64,000 bases of DNA from Abditibacterium sp. (GTDB lineage Bacteria; Armatimonadota; Abditibacteriia; Abditibacteriales; Abditibacteriaceae): assembly GCA_965246885.1 (NCBI GenBank), contig OZ251992.1, forward strand, positions 3,418,671 to 3,482,670, read 5' to 3'. The notes under the pieces were generated by a model. The model saw only the letters and a list, made by a program, of their open reading frames with translations. It did not search any database and was not told where the DNA came from. The first letter of the stretch is position 1; the number at the start of each line of letters is the position of its first letter. This document shows, piece after piece, positions 38,174 to 47,371 of this stretch. Made by a program: the position numbers and the translations under genes.

Positions 38174-39820
38174 TCAAACGCCCGCGCCGTCGCGCATGGC
38201 GGCAACGGGCGCGCTGCTCATGCCGTAGCCGTTGGAAGGCAACTCCGAGCCGGACGCGTGGGTCACGAATTCGGGGTAAGCGTTGACGCCGTGCTCGTGG
38301 AGGTCGAGGCCTTCCAGTTCGCCTTTGCGAGAAACGCGCAGCGTGCCGGTGGCTTTAACGGCATACATGAGCGCCATAGCGACGAAGAAGGTCGCGCCGG
38401 TGATGCTCGCCGAGCCGATGATCTGCTTGATGAGTTGGCCCGCACCGCCGCCGTAAAACAGGCCGGCAACGGCGGGGTGATCTTTGTCAATGGCTGTTGG
38501 CCCGGTCGGGCCGGAAGCGACGTATTGCCCGCAAGCGAACAGCCCAAGCGAAAGGGTGCCCCAGATACCGCAGATGCCATGCACCGCAACGGCGCCAACC
38601 GGGTCGTCAACGCGCAGCCATTCCACGAGGTCAACGCCCATCACCACGATAACGCCCGCCGCCGCGCCAATCAAGATAGCGCCCCAAGGCGAAACCCAGT
38701 AGCACGGGCAAGTAATGGCGACGAGGCCCGCCAAAAATCCGTTGACCGTGATGCCGCAGTCCCACGTTTTGCCGCGCGGGAACATATAGAACAGGGCGAA
38801 CAAGGCGCCCGAACACGCGGCGAGAGTGGTGTTGGTGGCAACGCGGGCGATGCCCTGCGAGTCCATTGCGGAAAGCGTCGAACCGGGGTTGAAGCCATAC
38901 CAGCCGAACCAGAGAATGACGCCGCCAATCGAGGCGAGCAGCATGTCGTGGGCGAAAGGCAAGCCGCCGCCGTCGCGTTTAAAGACGCGGCCCAAACGCG
39001 GGCCAAGCGCAATGGCGCCCGCCAAGGCGATAAAGCCGCCGATGGTGTGAACGACCGTCGAACCCGCGAAGTCGAGAAAGCCCATCGCATACAACCAGCC
39101 GTCCGGCCCCCAAGCCCAGTGGCCGATGATGGGGTAAATCAGGCCCGATACGCCGACGGAGTAAAGGAGGTCGCCCACGAATCCGGTGCGGCCCAGCATG
39201 GCGCCCGACGTGATGGTCGAGCAGGTGTCGGCGAAAGCGAACTGGAACAGCCAGAACGCGAGGACGGGGATGCCCGTCGTGCCGTAGGTGGCGGGGATGT
39301 TCTGCAAGAACCAGAACGAGTACTTCGCCGCGTCCGCCGCGACTGCTTTGTCGGTGGACAGGATGTTGGGGTCGTGGCCCATGCCAATCCAGCCGTTGCC
39401 CGCGCAAAACATGAACGCGAAGCCAAAAGCCCAGAAAAGCAGGCCGCACAAGCCGGTGTCCACGATGCCTTCGAGGATGATGTTGATGGACTCTTTGGAG
39501 CGCGCAAAGCCCGCTTCAAGCGCCATGAACCCGGCTTGCATGAAGAAGACTAAAAACGCGGCAACCAGAACCCAAGTGGTGTTGATGGCCGAAATAAAGG
39601 GCGTGGTTTCGGACAGTTTGAGGTTGGCCGGGTCAATGGACGGCGCACCCTGCCCGGACGCTTGCGCGCCCGCATGGGCGAAGAAGAAGGCGCCGACGGT
39701 GCCCATCACGATGAACAGCAGCAAGAGGCCGATCATTTTGCCGGCGAGTGCGGCGCGGAAGTGGCGCCGGAATTCGGGCGTGGGCGCCGCTTCCCGGAAG
39801 CGCGAGACAATGTTGGTCAT
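38174..39820 (-). CDS. amt: Ammonium transporter (Amt family)
   Basis: FFMQAGF..LEAGF, FQFAFA, YPIIGHWAWG, DFAGSTVVH, WFGWYGFNPGS, DDPVGAVAVHG, GLDLHEHG. Confidence 0.96.
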   Translation of the reverse strand: MTNIVSRFREAAPTPEFRRHFRAALAGKMIGLLLLFIVMGTVGAFFFAHAGAQASGQGAPSIDPANLKLSETTPFISAINTTWVLVAAFLVFFMQAGFMALEAGFARSKESINIILEGIVDTGLCGLLFWAFGFAFMFCAGNGWIGMGHDPNILSTDKAVAADAAKYSFWFLQNIPATYGTTGIPVLAFWLFQFAFADTCSTITSGAMLGRTGFVGDLLYSVGVSGLIYPIIGHWAWGPDGWLYAMGFLDFAGSTVVHTIGGFIALAGAIALGPRLGRVFKRDGGGLPFAHDMLLASIGGVILWFGWYGFNPGSTLSAMDSQGIARVATNTTLAACSGALFALFYMFPRGKTWDCGITVNGFLAGLVAITCPCYWVSPWGAILIGAAAGVIVVMGVDLVEWLRVDDPVGAVAVHGICGIWGTLSLGLFACGQYVASGPTGPTAIDKDHPAVAGLFYGGGAGQLIKQIIGSASITGATFFVAMALMYAVKATGTLRVSRKGELEGLDLHEHGVNAYPEFVTHASGSELPSNGYGMSSAPVAAMRDGAGV

Positions 39821-39881
39821 GGGTGAAACGAAAGGCCATTTCCTCGAACCTAAGTCGCGGTTCGGATGGCACTTGCCTAAG

Positions 39882-39957
39882 ATGATAAGCCCGCCGCGTT
39901 TCCCGTTGGTCGCTTCCTCGTTTCTATTGGGTGGCTTTCGGGTGTCTTTTAGGTTTC
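39882..39957 (-). promoter_or_regulatory. Putative nitrogen-regulated promoter: six 11-bp-phased GnnAC boxes plus -10 TATCAT
   Basis: Minus strand reads GAAAC-n6-GACAC-n6-GCCAC-n6-GAAAC-n6-GCGAC-n6-GAAAC-n10-TATCAT. Confidence 0.7.
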
Positions 39958-40033
39958 ACGATTTTGGACGACCTTTAAGGAAGGGCTTTGCGCACCGTCC
40001 TGCCCGGAGCCGCCGCGCGACGCCCCATCTCCG

Positions 40034-40222
40034 CTCCCGGACGTCGGCGACGCGATGACGGACGCTCGTCGTGCAATGGCAGAGGGCGGTGGCGCCGCGC
40101 CATACGTCTGGCGGGCGATGACAGAGGGCGGCGGCGCCGCGCCACACGTCTGGCGGGCGGTAACAGACGTCCGCTTTTCTTCGCCCGACGTCGGCGACGC
40201 ACCGCCCGATGCGGCACGACAG
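40034..40222. repeat. Degenerate 21/42-bp tandem array (about 9 units)
   Basis: Near-identical 42-mers at 40076 and 40118; gacgtcggcgacgc recurs 147 bp (7 x 21) apart. Confidence 0.8.
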
Positions 40223-40258
40223 TTGCTTTATGGCGGGGCACTCCACTGGAGAACCATC

Positions 40259-40846
40259 ATGGCAAAAACCAACGGCAACGGCCACAACAACGAACCGCTT
40301 CTGCACCAGCGCGGCCCCATCGTTCAACAATACGGCGCGCTCCGCAACATCCCGACGGGACTTTCGGAAGACGCCCGCAAACAGTCCGTTCAAAACTTGA
40401 ACCAAGTCTTAGCCGACACCATCATGCTCGCCTCGATGTATAAGAAGCACCACTGGCAGGTATCCGGCCCGACCTTTTACCAACTCCATCTCTTGTTCGA
40501 CAAGCACTATGAGGAGCAGCAAGAACTCGTGGACACCATCGCCGAGCGCATCTCCTTGCTGGGCGGCGTCACCAACGGCATGCCCCATGCCGTCGTCGAG
40601 ATCACCAAAATCGAGAACCCGCCGTCCGGTGTCGAGGAAGTGCCCGCGCAGATCGCGCGCCTGTTGGAAGCGCACGAGACCATCATGAAAGAGTGCCACG
40701 ACTTCGCGGGCGAGGCCGATGACGCGGGCGACGATGGCACCAACGACCTGCTCGTGTCCAATGTGTTGCGCACCAACGAACTGCAAGCATGGTTTACCTC
40801 CTCGCACGTCGTCGCCGAGCCGCTCGTGCACGCCGACGCCGCGTAA
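40259..40846 (+). CDS. dps: Dps family DNA protection protein
   Basis: KKHHWQVSGPTFYQLHLLFD, DTIAERI, GDDGTNDLL; GGAG upstream of ATG 40259. Confidence 0.93.
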   Translation: MAKTNGNGHNNEPLLHQRGPIVQQYGALRNIPTGLSEDARKQSVQNLNQVLADTIMLASMYKKHHWQVSGPTFYQLHLLFDKHYEEQQELVDTIAERISLLGGVTNGMPHAVVEITKIENPPSGVEEVPAQIARLLEAHETIMKECHDFAGEADDAGDDGTNDLLVSNVLRTNELQAWFTSSHVVAEPLVHADAA

Positions 40847-40863
40847 CAATACGTGGCTACCTA

Positions 40864-40901
40864 AAGCGCCGCCCTTTCCGAAGGAGCGGCGCTTGTGATT
40901 T
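40864..40901 (+). terminator. Stem-loop downstream of dps
   Basis: aagcgccgc...gcggcgctt followed by gtgattt. Confidence 0.6.
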
Positions 40902-40943
40902 GTCTTGCGCCCCCATTCGCGTCACACTGAAGAGGCTTTTCCG

Positions 40944-41516
40944 ATGCATATTTCTCTTCGTCCGCTTGTAATTTGCGCCCTCCTGATGGGCGGCTTTTCT
41001 GTCGCGGGTGCGCCTGCTCCGGTTTGGGCACAAGGCCAAACTCCCAAAGCGACGCTCAAAGTGGGCGATGCCGCGCCGGAGCTTTCCATTGCGACATGGT
41101 GGCAAGATAAAACGCTGGCGAAATTCGAGAAGAACCGCGTCTATCTTGTTGACTTTTGGGCGTCGTGGTGCCCGCCGTGCCGCGCGTCGTTCCCTGAGTT
41201 AGCCAAGTTCAAAGCGAAATACGGCAGCGAGGGATTGGAAGTGGTGGCCGTCAGCATAGACGACAACCCTGACGACGCGGCGCAGTTTTTGACCACGCAG
41301 GGCGGCAAATTCGACTTCTTTGTGGGCGTGGACAAAGACGGCGCCTCGTGGAAGAACTGGGGCACCGCCGCCGGATGCAACTCGATTCCGACCACATTCC
41401 TCGTGAGCGCAACCGGTAAAATCCTGTGGGTGGGCCACCCCGTCGAAGTGGAAAAACAGATTCTTCCCGCCTTGGCCGACATTCCACTCGATGCTCTGCC
41501 CACGCCCGCCAAGTAA
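40944..41516 (+). CDS. Exported TlpA/ResA-like thioredoxin
   Basis: Signal peptide; LKVGDAAP, VDFWASWCPPCR, IPTTFLV. Confidence 0.9.
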   Translation: MHISLRPLVICALLMGGFSVAGAPAPVWAQGQTPKATLKVGDAAPELSIATWWQDKTLAKFEKNRVYLVDFWASWCPPCRASFPELAKFKAKYGSEGLEVVAVSIDDNPDDAAQFLTTQGGKFDFFVGVDKDGASWKNWGTAAGCNSIPTTFLVSATGKILWVGHPVEVEKQILPALADIPLDALPTPAK

Positions 41517-41534
41517 GTGGGCGACCTCGCCCAA

Positions 41535-42152
41535 TCAAGCGCCGCTCTGTTCCGATGGGGCGGCGTTTTGCGCGTCCGACTGGCTCACGATGCGCTCGAC
41601 GCGCGGGTCGGGCACGAGCCACATCAATGCCACCAGAACGTAAAGCGCGCACGACGCGACCGGTTTCCACCACGCCAAGCCTGTCGCCAACGGGTAGAGG
41701 CACATGGACAGTTTCTCCTTTCCGGCTTTGCCAAACGCGCGGCGAAGCGGCGAGGCGGCGCCCTGCAAGGCCATCAATTGCCGCGCCAAGATGGAATAAG
41801 CGGCGCCCGCGCCGAACAGCACCACGCCATACAACGCAACGGGAAGCGAAGCGAAGCCAGTTTCGGCGGCCCACGCCGTCACGAACGAGATGAGCGACAG
41901 CCAAAAGAGGAGATGCAAGTTCGCCCACAAAATCGCGCCCGACACGCGGCGCACCAATTGGAACATGTGATGGTGATTGTTCCAATAGATGCCGATATAA
42001 ATGAACGACAAGACGTAGGCGCCAAAGACGGGCGCGACCGGACGGAGCGCGGCCCAGTCCGCGCCGTGCGGCACTTTGAGTTCCAGCACCATGATAGTGA
42101 TGAGAATGGCGATGACGCCGTCGGAGAACGCTTCGAGCCGGGACTTATTCAT
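41535..42152 (-). CDS. TMEM175 (DUF1211) potassium channel family protein
   Basis: RLEAFSDGVIAILITIMVLELKVP, YWNNHHHMF, WLVPDPRVER. Confidence 0.92.
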   Translation of the reverse strand: MNKSRLEAFSDGVIAILITIMVLELKVPHGADWAALRPVAPVFGAYVLSFIYIGIYWNNHHHMFQLVRRVSGAILWANLHLLFWLSLISFVTAWAAETGFASLPVALYGVVLFGAGAAYSILARQLMALQGAASPLRRAFGKAGKEKLSMCLYPLATGLAWWKPVASCALYVLVALMWLVPDPRVERIVSQSDAQNAAPSEQSGA

Positions 42153-42248
42153 GGGCTTGGAGTGTGGGCTTCAACCCATCTCGCACGGCACCAACGGCCT
42201 AAAGCCGCACTCCAAGCGGGCACTTTACACTGCGCGTCCTCTATTCTT

Positions 42249-43595
42249 ATGTCTCGTTTGCCCGCGCGTTGGCGCGACGACCGCGTTTTGATGGCGATTT
42301 GCGGCCTCGCGCTCCTGATTTCGCTCGCCTTCAACTTCGCCGTCATGCCCGGATTCGGGCCGGACGAAGCGCGCCACTTCGCGTATTTGCGCTTGTTGTG
42401 GGAGGAGCATACCCTGCCGCGCATCCTCTCGACCAACCCGTATTCCGAATACAAGGGCGCGCACGCTTTCCATCCGCCGCTTTATTACCTCGTGCTGCTG
42501 CCGTTTTACGCGCTGTCGAGGGGTTTTGGCGACGCAGCAACGACGCATTTCGTGCGCTTTTGGAGCGGGCTACTGTGCGTGGCGGCGTTGCCGCTCTTGT
42601 ATGACGTGGCGCTTTTGGCATCGGGCAAGCGGCGCGACATCGCGCGGGCGGTGGTCGGGACAGTCGCGTTCGTGCCGATGTTCGCGCTGACGGCGGGCAC
42701 CCTCAACAACGATGCGGGCGCCTTTTTTGGGGCCAGCCTGTTCCTTTGGCTGCTGTTTTGGAGGTGGCGCGGGCAGTTCGACGAGCGCACGGCAGCGCTT
42801 TTGGGCGTGGTGCTGGGTTTGGGCGGGTTAACGAAGGCGACCGTGCTGGCCGTTGGCGCGGTCGCGCTCGTCGTGGGCATGGCGGCGTGGACGAGGGGAG
42901 GCGCGCCTAAAGCGGCGCGCGCGCGCTTTGTCGCCGTTACGCTGCTTGTTGGCCTCGTGGTGGTATCGCCTTGGCACTTTCGCTCAATGATGCTTTATGG
43001 GACGTGGACGCCTTTGCCCGATTCGGCGCCTTGGGGCCAACTGCCGCCGCCGTCCGCCGGAAAGCTGGTGATGGCGCTGCATCCCAACTTCCCCGACGTG
43101 TTCGGCAAAGCGAATTTCTCGCTCTTTTACTCGCTGTGGGGGCAACGCGACTGGCTAATGGAGCGCGCGCACATCGCCCCCGGCTTCCCGGTGGCGTTGC
43201 AAGGGGTGCAGCTAACGGTGTACCTGCTGCTCGCCGCCTTATCATTTGCGGCGCTGGTGGGCTGGGTAGTTGGTCGCTCGAAGAGAACGGACGCGGAGCA
43301 AGCGACTCCCCAAAGCGCGGCGTTCTTCGGCGCACTGGCGGCGTTCGGGGCGCTGTGGCTGACGGTGCTGCAAGTCGCGCTGTTTTGGCATCAGGGCTGG
43401 TCGGAAGGCGGGCGCTACCTTTTCCCGGCGTTCTTTGGCTTTGCGCTGTGGCTGTGTGGTGGTTGGGCAAAGCTACTCCGCGCGCGGTTTGCGCTGTGGG
43501 CGCGGGCGTGGTTGGCTGGATTGCTGGCGCTGGACGCGCTCTCATGGGTGTGGTTGCTAATCTACTTGAATCCGACTTACGGCCCCAAATCATGA
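42249..43595 (+). CDS. Multi-TM GT-C fold glycosyltransferase (PMT-2/DUF2142-like)
   Basis: PDEARHFAY, HPPLYY, LNND, LTK, GGRYLFP. Confidence 0.8.
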   Translation: MSRLPARWRDDRVLMAICGLALLISLAFNFAVMPGFGPDEARHFAYLRLLWEEHTLPRILSTNPYSEYKGAHAFHPPLYYLVLLPFYALSRGFGDAATTHFVRFWSGLLCVAALPLLYDVALLASGKRRDIARAVVGTVAFVPMFALTAGTLNNDAGAFFGASLFLWLLFWRWRGQFDERTAALLGVVLGLGGLTKATVLAVGAVALVVGMAAWTRGGAPKAARARFVAVTLLVGLVVVSPWHFRSMMLYGTWTPLPDSAPWGQLPPPSAGKLVMALHPNFPDVFGKANFSLFYSLWGQRDWLMERAHIAPGFPVALQGVQLTVYLLLAALSFAALVGWVVGRSKRTDAEQATPQSAAFFGALAAFGALWLTVLQVALFWHQGWSEGGRYLFPAFFGFALWLCGGWAKLLRARFALWARAWLAGLLALDALSWVWLLIYLNPTYGPKS

Positions 43596-44347
43596 TTAAC
43601 GGCAAAAAACTCATCGTCGTCATGCCAGCCTACAACGCCGCCGCGACGCTGCGCCAAACCTACGACGAGGTGATGGCGCATGGCCTCGTGGACGAGGTCA
43701 TCGTCGTGGACGACGCTTCGCGCGACGAAACCGCGCGCCTCGCCGCGACGTTGCCATGCGTTCATCTGCACGTCCACGCACAAAACCGGGGTTATGGCGC
43801 CAATCAGAAAACTTGTTACCGCCTCGCTCTCGAACGCGGCGCCGACATCGCGCTCATGGTGCACCCCGACTACCAATACTCGCCGCTCCTGTTGCCCGCC
43901 ATGACCTCGCCCATCGCCAACGGCGTTTATGATTGCATGCTCGGCTCGCGCATTTTGGGAGGCGGCGCCCTCAAGGGCGGCATGCCGCCTTGGAAGTACG
44001 TCGCCAACCGCGCCCTCACCGCCGCCGAAAACATCCTGCTCGGCGCGAAGCTCAGCGAATACCACACCGGCTACCGCGCTTTCTCGCGCGCCCTGTTGGA
44101 GCGCGTGCCTTGGGAGCGCAACTCCGATGACTTCGTGTTCGACAACCAGATGCTGGCACAGATTTGGTTCTTCGGCTTCTCCATTGGCGAGGTGTCGTGC
44201 CCGACGCGCTACTTTCCCGAAGCTTCCAGCATCAACTTTCGCCGCAGCGTCAAGTACGGCTTCGGCTGTTTGGCAACGGGCGCCGACTTTCGCCTCGCCA
44301 AGGCGGGTTTGGCCCGCAAAGCGCGCTTCCGTCGGAAAGTGCACTGA
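43592..44347 (+). CDS. Glycosyltransferase family 2 (polyprenyl-phosphate sugar synthase-like)
   Basis: VVMPAYNAA, VVDDASRD, NRGYGANQK, HPDYQY, EYHTGYRAF; ATGA overlap with the upstream gene. Confidence 0.9.
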   Translation: MINGKKLIVVMPAYNAAATLRQTYDEVMAHGLVDEVIVVDDASRDETARLAATLPCVHLHVHAQNRGYGANQKTCYRLALERGADIALMVHPDYQYSPLLLPAMTSPIANGVYDCMLGSRILGGGALKGGMPPWKYVANRALTAAENILLGAKLSEYHTGYRAFSRALLERVPWERNSDDFVFDNQMLAQIWFFGFSIGEVSCPTRYFPEASSINFRRSVKYGFGCLATGADFRLAKAGLARKARFRRKVH

Positions 44348-44396
44348 CCTGCACTGCCTGAAACGGCCACACTTTGCCCCCTGCCGTTTATTCTTT

Positions 44397-46349
44397 ATGT
44401 CTGATTCTTCGTGGGCGCCCACGCCCAACTTCTCGCGCGAGTGGCTCGTGACCAATGGCTTGGGCGGGTTTGCCTCTGCCACCGTCGCGGGCGCCGTTTC
44501 GCGGCGCTACCACGCCTTTTTGTGCGTCGCCCCCAACGGCCCGCAAGAGCGGTTCGTGCTGGTTTCCAAAATCGCCGAGACGCTGCGCGTGGGCGAGGAG
44601 AGCTTTGAGTTAAGCGCGAACTTTTGGGCCGACTCGATTGCGCCGCGCGGCGATTTACTGGTGGAATCGTTTACTCTGTCGCCCTTTCCGCGCTGGGTGT
44701 ATCGCGTTCCAGCGCAGGGCGGGCCGGTGCGCATCGAGAAACTGGTGTGGATGCCCGACGAAAGCAACGCGACCGTCGCCCGTTATCGCGTGTTAAGCGG
44801 GAGCGGGGACGACGTGTCGCTTGTGGTTCGCCCATTCTTGACGCCGCGCGACTACCATTCCTCGCAACGCGCTAACGCTGACTTTAACACGGAGCCAAGC
44901 ATTGAGGCGGGGGTAGGCGCGGTCACGTTCCAGCCCTACCCCTCGCTCCCAACAATTCGCTTTGATTGCGACGGGCGGTTTTGCGCCGAGGGCAACTGGT
45001 ATTTCGGCTTCGGGTGGCCCATCGAACGCGAGCGCGGGCTGGACGCGAGTGAGGACGCTTACTGCCCCGGCACCTTCGAGATACCGCTACGCGGCAAAGC
45101 GTCAGCGTTCTTTTCGGCCACGATTGAAGCCACCTTGCCCCCGCGCGATTCTCTCCAAAGCGCAACCGCGCGGCGCAAGAAACTGATCGAGGGTAACGAG
45201 TGGAGTGGCACGGAGAACCGCCTCAAACTGGCCGCAGACCAGTTTATAGTGCGCCGCAAAGACGGATTGCACACCGTCTTGGCGGGCTACCCTTGGTTTA
45301 CCGACTGGGGCCGCGACACCATGATCGCCCTCCCCGGCCTGTGTCTCGAAACGGGTCGCTACGACATCGCGGCTTCGATTCTTCGCGCCTTCGTGGGCAA
45401 CATGAATCACGGCTTAATCCCCAACCGCTTTCCCGAAGCGAGCGAAACCCCCGACACCAACACCGTAGACGCGACGCTGTGGATGTTCCACGCCATCGCT
45501 GCCTACTACCGCGCGTCGGGCGACCGCGAAACTGTGCGCGCTCTGTATCCCAAGTTGGTCGAGAGCATCGAGTGGCACCTCGCGGGCACGCGCTATGGCA
45601 TCAAGGCCGACGACGATGACGGCTTGCTTGCGGCGGGCGACGCGCACACCCAACTGACGTGGATGGACGCCAAAGTCGGCGATACCGCTTTTACGCCGCG
45701 TTGGGGAAAAGCCGTTGAGATACAAGCGCTGTGGTTTGGCGCCCTGCTTGAAACCGCCCGCTTTGCCCGCGAGTTCGAGGACGCCAACACACACGGCATC
45801 TGCACCGAGTGGGCGCGCAAAGTCGCCGCCAGCTTTCCCGACACTTTCTGGAACAGCGCCGAGGGTTGCCTCTACGATTGCGTGAACTCCGACGGGCGGG
45901 ACGGCGCCGTCCGGCCCAATCAAGCGCTTGTCGTGTCGCTTCCGCACCGCTTGCTGACGAGTGCCCAAGAAGCGAGCGTCATCGCGGCGGTGGGCGCCGA
46001 CCTGCTCACGCCGATGGGTTTGCGGAGCTTGTCGCCGCGCGACTCCCGCTATCGCGGCGTTTATGAGGGTGATCAGTGGGCGCGCGATTCGGCGTATCAT
46101 CAGGGAACTGTCTGGGCGTGGCCCATCGGCGCGTTTCTGGAAGGATACCTGCGCGTCAACGGCGGGAGCGCGCAAGCGAAGTCGCAAGTGCGCGCGTGGC
46201 TCCAGCCGCTTATTGCCCATTTGGACGAGGCGGGCATCGGCACCATTTCGGAAATCTTCGACGGCGACGCGCCCAACGCCCCGCGCGGCTGCTTTGCCCA
46301 AGCGTGGAGCGTGTCCGAGACCCTGCGGCTGTGGCGCCTGAGCGCGTGA
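44397..46349 (+). CDS. Amylo-alpha-1,6-glucosidase / glycogen debranching enzyme
   Basis: REWLVTNGLGGFAS, AGYPWFTDWGRDTMIALPGL, LTWMDAK, RPNQ, AYHQGTVWAW, GCFAQAWS. Confidence 0.93.
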   Translation: MSDSSWAPTPNFSREWLVTNGLGGFASATVAGAVSRRYHAFLCVAPNGPQERFVLVSKIAETLRVGEESFELSANFWADSIAPRGDLLVESFTLSPFPRWVYRVPAQGGPVRIEKLVWMPDESNATVARYRVLSGSGDDVSLVVRPFLTPRDYHSSQRANADFNTEPSIEAGVGAVTFQPYPSLPTIRFDCDGRFCAEGNWYFGFGWPIERERGLDASEDAYCPGTFEIPLRGKASAFFSATIEATLPPRDSLQSATARRKKLIEGNEWSGTENRLKLAADQFIVRRKDGLHTVLAGYPWFTDWGRDTMIALPGLCLETGRYDIAASILRAFVGNMNHGLIPNRFPEASETPDTNTVDATLWMFHAIAAYYRASGDRETVRALYPKLVESIEWHLAGTRYGIKADDDDGLLAAGDAHTQLTWMDAKVGDTAFTPRWGKAVEIQALWFGALLETARFAREFEDANTHGICTEWARKVAASFPDTFWNSAEGCLYDCVNSDGRDGAVRPNQALVVSLPHRLLTSAQEASVIAAVGADLLTPMGLRSLSPRDSRYRGVYEGDQWARDSAYHQGTVWAWPIGAFLEGYLRVNGGSAQAKSQVRAWLQPLIAHLDEAGIGTISEIFDGDAPNAPRGCFAQAWSVSETLRLWRLSA

Positions 46350-46365
46350 CCTCCGGCACCAACGC

Positions 46366-46500
46366 TTTTCGACCGCCGATGCACGCCGATTAACGCAGAT
46401 AGAAGGACAAACAGAAATGCCCGCGCCGAATTAAATTGAGGCACAACGCCAACATCTCCAAAAACATCTGCGTCAATCGGCGTGCATCGGCGGTCGAAAA
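46366..46500. repeat. 35-bp inverted repeat made of 10-bp subunits
   Basis: Arms at 46366-46400 and 46466-46500 with one mismatch; subunits cgccgatgca/cgccgattaa/cgcagat. Confidence 0.88.
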
Positions 46501-46537
46501 ATTATCCGTGTTCTCTGTGTTCGTCGGTGGCTGTAAA

Positions 46538-47326
46538 TCAACGCGGGCGAAACAAAAGCTCCCACAGGTTGAGCAGAATCTCGAAGACAATAAGCGCGGC
46601 GACGCCCCACTCGACGCGCAGGCTGCTTTGGTGTTGCAAGAGGTTGAGCGCGGTTTCGGCGGTGTGCGAGATGACGCCCAACTTGCGGTCAAGGGCGGCT
46701 TGGCGCTCGCGTAGCTCGAACTCGTCCTCCAAGCGCCCGTAGAGCCGCTCCAATTCGGGGCGCTCCCACAGCGATTCGGGCTTGTCGCCGATCTCGGCGA
46801 TGCCGACAGTGCGGCCTTCGATGAGCAGGATGTCGCCGATGGTCGCCAGAATCGCCTTGTCGCCGCCCATCTTGCCTCGTCGGGTACGTAGCCGTTGCGC
46901 GAAGGGAACGATGGCGTCGAAAGTGGCGGCGACTTCGGTTTCGTAGTGCGCCAGCACCACCGACTTGGCGAGCACATCCGCCACGATTTGCAACAGCGCC
47001 GGGGAGAAGGCGCGCACTTTGACCACGCCGCGCTCCAACTTCTCCCCTCCCTCGACGCGCTCCAATTCTATCTCTTCCGACTCGGCGTGCTCGAACGGCT
47101 CGGCGACCCACGCTTTGACGTGCGCCACAAACGCCGCTTCCTCGACGGGCGCGAGGCCGAACAAAACGACGGCGCCATAGCGGAACAGCACCGCCGCCCC
47201 GCCCGCGCCCGCTTCGACCACAAGCGGGTTCTCTTCGAGCGCCGACGAATCGGCGAGCGGCTTGAGGTCAATGCGCTCGCCCAAAAGGAGCGCCCGCGCC
47301 CGGAATTTCGTTTTGTCCTCGAACAT
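46538..47326 (-). CDS. RMD1/DUF155 family protein
   Basis: FRYGAVVLFG, LAKSVVLAHYE, DKPESLWE, EFELRER, LRVEW plus C-terminal TM. Confidence 0.88.
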   Translation of the reverse strand: MFEDKTKFRARALLLGERIDLKPLADSSALEENPLVVEAGAGGAAVLFRYGAVVLFGLAPVEEAAFVAHVKAWVAEPFEHAESEEIELERVEGGEKLERGVVKVRAFSPALLQIVADVLAKSVVLAHYETEVAATFDAIVPFAQRLRTRRGKMGGDKAILATIGDILLIEGRTVGIAEIGDKPESLWERPELERLYGRLEDEFELRERQAALDRKLGVISHTAETALNLLQHQSSLRVEWGVAALIVFEILLNLWELLFRPR

Positions 47327-47371
47327 ACCCGCAAGTGTGGCGTCCCCGGCACCGCTCAAACTGAAAGCGCC

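Noticed and set aside
41517..42248. Long N-terminal extensions in the ORF track (41517, 43929, 7801, 46895, 57716, 33593 and others)
   Set aside because: They overlap neighbouring real genes; homology begins at later starts
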